Below are positions 59,850-64,000 of a stretch of DNA of 64,000 nucleotides, one piece after another. Origin of the DNA: Chiloscyllium plagiosum (Eukaryota); contig NC_057749.1 in the NCBI RefSeq assembly GCF_004010195.1, forward strand, positions 15,309,726 through 15,373,725, given 5' to 3'. A program made the position numbers and the translations under genes. The notes beneath the pieces were generated by a model. That model saw only the letters and a program-made list of their open reading frames with translations. It searched no databases and had not been told where the DNA came from. The first letter of the stretch is position 1; every line of letters begins with the position of its first letter.

Positions 59850-62129
59850 GGTCTCAGCCCAGCATGACGCGGCAATCTCAGCCCAGCAAGACACAGCGGT
59901 CTCTCAGCTCAGCGTAACGCAGCATTCTCTCAGCCCAGCATGGCACTGCGGTCTCTCAGCCCAGCATGGCACTGCGGTCTCTCAGCCCAGCATGATGCAG
60001 CGGTCTCTCAGCCCAGCATGACGTGGCGGTCTCTCAGCCCAGCATGACGAGGCAGTCTCTCAGTACAGCATGACGTGACAGTCTCTTCAGTCCAGCATGA
60101 CACGGGGGTCTCTCAGCCCATCATGATGAAGCAGTCTCTCAGTCCAGCATGACACGGCGGTCTCTCAGCCCAGCATGACACAGCGGTCTCTCAGCCCAGC
60201 ATGACACGGCGGTCTCTCAGCCCAGCATGACACGGCGGTCTCTCAGCCCATCATGACGAGGCAGTCTCTCAGCCCAGCATGACACGGCGGTCACTCAGCC
60301 CAGAATGATGCGGCGGTCTCTCAGCCCAGAATGACATGGCAGTCTCTCAGCCCAGCATGACGTGGCGGTCTCTCAGCCCAGCATGACGAGGCAGTCTCTC
60401 AATCCAGCATGACACGGCAGTCTCTCAGCCCAGCATGACCCGGCGGTCTCTCAGCCCAGCATGACGAGGCAGTCTCTCAGCCCAGCATGACGAGGCAGTC
60501 TCTCAATCCAGCATGACGAGGCAGTCTCTCAGTCCAGCATGACACGGCAGTCTCTCAGCCCAGCATGACACGGCGGTCACTCAGCACAAAATGATGCGGC
60601 GGTCTCTCAGCTCAGAATGACGAGGCAATCTCTCAGCCCAGCAAGACATAGCGGTCTCTCAGCCCAGCATGATGAGGCAGTCTCTCAGCCCATCATGACA
60701 CAGCGGTCTCTCAGCCCAACATGACATGGCAGTCTCTCAGCCCAGCATGACGTGGCGGTCTCTCAGTCCATCATGATGTGGCAGTCTCTCAGCCCAGCAT
60801 GACCCAGCGGTCTCTCAGCCCAGCATGACGAGGCAGTCTCTCAGCCCAGCATGACACGGCGGTCACTCAGCCCAGAATGATGCGGCAGTCTCTCAGCCCA
60901 GAATGACATGGCGGTCTCACAGCCCACCATGACGTGGCGGTCTCTCAGCCCAGCATGACGAGGCAATCTCTCAGCCCAGGAAGACATAGCGGTCTCTCAG
61001 CCCAGCATGACACAGCAGTCTCTCAGCCCAGCATGACATGGTGGTCTCTCAGCCCAGCATGACACAGCAGTCTTTCAGCCCAGCATGGCACAGCAGTCTC
61101 ACAGCCCAGCATGACGTGGCAGTCTCACAGCCCAGCATGATGCGGCGGTCTCTCAGCCCAGCATGATGCAGCGGTCTCAGCCCATCATGACGAGGCAGTC
61201 TCTCAGCCCAGCATGACACAGCTGTCTCTCAGCCCATCTTGACGAGGTAGTCTCTCAGCCAAGCATGACACGGCAGTCTCTCAGCCCATCATGACGAGGC
61301 AGTCTCTCAGCCCAGCATGACACTGCGGTCTCTCAGCCCACCATGACATGGTGGTCTCTCAGCCCAGCATGACATGGCGGTCTCTCAGCCCAGCATGACA
61401 CAGCGGTCTCTCAGCCCAGCATGACACAGCAGTCTCACAGCCCAGCATGACACGGTGGTCTCTCAGCCCAGCATGACACGACGGTCTCTCAGCCCAGCAT
61501 GACGAGGCAGTCTCTCACCCCATCATGAGACGGCGGTCTCTCAGCCCAGCATGACACGGTGGTCTCTCAGCCCAGCATGATGAGGCAGTCTCTCAGCCCA
61601 CCATGATACGGCGGTCTCTCAGCCCAGCATGACACGGCGGTCTCTCAGCCCAGCATGACACGGCGGTCTCTCAGCCCAGCATGATGCGGCGGTCTCTCAG
61701 CCCAGCATGACGCGGAGGTCTCTCATCCCATCATGACGCGGCAGTCTCTCAGCCCAGCATGACGAGGCAGTTTCTCTCAGCCCAGCATGACACAGCGGTC
61801 TCTCAGCCCAGCGTGATGAGGCAGTCTCTCTCAGCCCAGCATGACGAGGCAGTCTCTCAGCCCAGCATAACACGGTGGTCTCTCAGCCCAGCATGACGCG
61901 GTGGTCTCTCAGCCCAACATGACGCGGTGGTGTCTCAGCCCGGCATGACGCGCTGGTCTCTCAGCCCAGCATGATGAGGCAGTCTCTCTCAGCCCAGCAT
62001 GACGAGGCAGTCTCTCAGCCCAGCATGACACGGTGGTCTCTCAGCCCAGCATGACGCGCCGGTCTCTCAGCCCAGCATGACACGGCGAACTCTCAGCCCA
62101 GCATGACACGGCGAACTCTCAGCCCAGCA
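59850..62129. repeat. Minisatellite, 26-bp unit
   Basis: Consensus cagcccagcatgacacggcggtctct; period 26 (for example 61621 to 61647). Confidence 0.95.
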
Positions 62130-62516
62130 AGGTAACCTGCCAGTCCAGTATGGCATTCTCTTTGCTGGCATAGCATTTCCCAGTCGGCAAGTGCAGTGAT
62201 CTTCAGGTGGTACGTGGAGGTGCCTCAGCCAGGCATGGTTTTGGTGTGGACCTCTGGTCTCGGGGAGGCTAGATGTCAACATGGACTGGGCTAGAAGACC
62301 ATTTCTCTGTATTTCTTTTCTCTGTTATATAATGTATTCCTAAATCTGCAATGTGGACATTTCTCATACTTCTCTATTTTTCCATGAACTGTAACTGAAA
62401 AGCTGTAACTAGTGAATTTTGTATCTAAAATGGCACCATAAGCAGCAACCTGCACACTTTTCATTGCACTCATTTGAGTACATGACAATAATGATCATTC
62501 ATTCATTCATTCATTC
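59850..62516 (+). mobile_element. 5'-truncated VNTR-containing retroposon with Rex1-like tail (element B)
   Basis: 26-bp array, about 350 bp of unique sequence, then CTTTTCATTGCACTCATTTGAGTACATGACAATAA and an (attc)n tail; the whole unit interrupts a CR1. Confidence 0.65.
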
Positions 62517-62945
62517 AATCTCTCCTCAAAGGAGGATCCAGCCATCCCAGGAATCAGTCTGGTAAACATTTGTTGCCCTCCCACTATGCAAATTTATTCT
62601 TCTTTAGCCAAGGCGAGCAAAACCCGTACCCAGCCATCTAACCGCAGTCTCAACAAGAGCTGAGCTGGCAGTAATTTTCCTGATCCTCTACAATTGGTCA
62701 CTTGTCAGTTACAGCTTCATGAGGCATGCTGAGAGGCCATTCTTCATCTGGGAGTGGGTCAGCACAGTCCATCCTGACCTCCATGCAACCAGGTATTTGG
62801 GAATAGGAACCCTGGCAGGTTTAGTAGCCCTCGAGATCTAAACGCAATCTCGTAAATCCATACATGTGCCCCAGCAGCAACGGCCCTCTATCTATGTGAC
62901 TGAGTACCCAGAGCAGGCAGTCCCCAGCTGAGTTAGTTGAAGGGG

Positions 62946-62970
62946 GTGTGTGTGTGTGTGTGTGTGTGTG
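62946..62970. repeat. (GT)n microsatellite
   Basis: Perfect gt run. Confidence 0.9.
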
Positions 62971-64000
62971 AAGCACATTTACAATGCGCAACATCTGCGG
63001 CTTGTAACATTTTCTGAAGTTGAACATGGAATTCTGAACAATGGCAGGAGGCATGGAGTCTAACAGCTGGGAGGCGATTTCTGACAGGAAACAAACTTTT
63101 CTCAAAGTCACCAGGAAATAACTCGGGAAACATTACGGTTGAAAACTGTCAAATTAAATCACCTGCTGCAAATGCTCCACTTGTATGTCTTAAACCCTCC
63201 TCAGTCATTCTCTGCAGCTTGTCTGCAACCACTCTGTGATTTCCATCATTCACTCTGCCTATAATGATGACTCTCCCTGCTGCCATTCTCTAGGAGAGAT
63301 CACTACGTCTTATCAGCTCTGAGTAAACGTACAAAACACGGCCTGTATTTGTTCTGGATGTTATCTTTTTAAGTTCACCGTGTCCTCATAATTTCAAGTA
63401 CCTCTTAATTTGTTTAATGATCTGTATGTGCAATGTTTAGTGTATATTCCAAAGGCAACATGGTCCTCACCTGTGAGACATCTGGGACCTCAGACAGAAT
63501 GAGCCCCATTGCTGGCCAGGGCATGTCATAAAGACACCAGACATCTATAATAACAGGAGCTAGGGCAAGATTTACAGGGTATCTTTTAAATGAGCGTCTA
63601 GGAAGGTTTATATTGATGCTCATTTTCTAATCAGCCTGTTTAGAGATATTATCCAGAGATGTTTGGAGCAGGTGGGATTTTGTTTTTGTCTTCATTCACT
63701 AAATTTGAGCGTCACTGGCTGGACCAGCTCTTATTCTCCCTGAATTGCCCTTGAGAAGGTGGTGATGAGCTGCTTTCTCAAACAGCTGCAATCCACTGAA
63801 TCTGGGATTCCTGGCTCAGAGGTAGGGACTCCACCACTTCACCACAGGACTCTCTCTGCCTTGAACATACTTGGCCTCTAAAGCTTTCTGAGGTAAAAGA
63901 TTTCACAGATTCACTATCCTCTGAGAGAAGAAGTTCCTCCTCAGCTCTATTTAAACAGACACCTTATTCAGAGAATATGTCCTCTGGTCCTAGACCCTTT

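Larger units (their letters stand above)
59405..62660 (-). mobile_element. Old CR1 3' fragment split by element B (pieces 59405-59849 and 62517-62660)
   Basis: ...cacaagcccagactccc | aatctctcctc...ccatcccaggaatcagtctggtaaac rejoins to match the colinear CR1 sequence at about 58520-58590. Confidence 0.65.

Noticed and set aside
59850..62129. CRISPR-like appearance of the regular arrays (also 3190-5180)
   Set aside because: Units are head-to-tail with no unique spacers, there are no cas genes, and the context is vertebrate.
62930..63560. Possible further minus-strand TTC23 exons (acceptor near 63082, donor near 63470)
   Set aside because: No frame gave a TPR-like or TTC23-like peptide with matching phase.

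Overview
Eukaryotic, repeat-rich vertebrate DNA, most likely from a shark or other cartilaginous fish (inferred from HE1-type V-SINEs, Deu-domain SINEs and CR1, Rex1 and Penelope families). The only complete protein-coding gene is a 4-exon synemin (SYNM) on the + strand: CDS 31415-32209, 40396-40520, 44873-44940 and 48099-50809, giving 1232 aa. A convergent terminal coding exon at 57952-58078 (-) resembles the end of TTC23, the usual neighbour of SYNM. An intact tRNA-Val(CAC) gene lies at 8501-8573 beside a CpG-rich, leftward-facing promoter with CCAAT, CDE/CHR and E2F-like sites whose gene I cannot identify. The rest is mostly retroelement debris plus one assembly gap (46000-46763). Two signals stand out. 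(1) More than a dozen small Penelope-derived insertions from at least three families, most flanked by target-site duplications (TSDs), carry minimal hammerhead-ribozyme cores and often have inverted arms. (2) Two roughly 2-kb minisatellites (32-bp and 26-bp units) each sit inside a non-coding retroposon with a Rex1-like 3' tail. All family assignments come from reading motifs by eye; no database search was run. Repeat boundaries are approximate unless a TSD is quoted.
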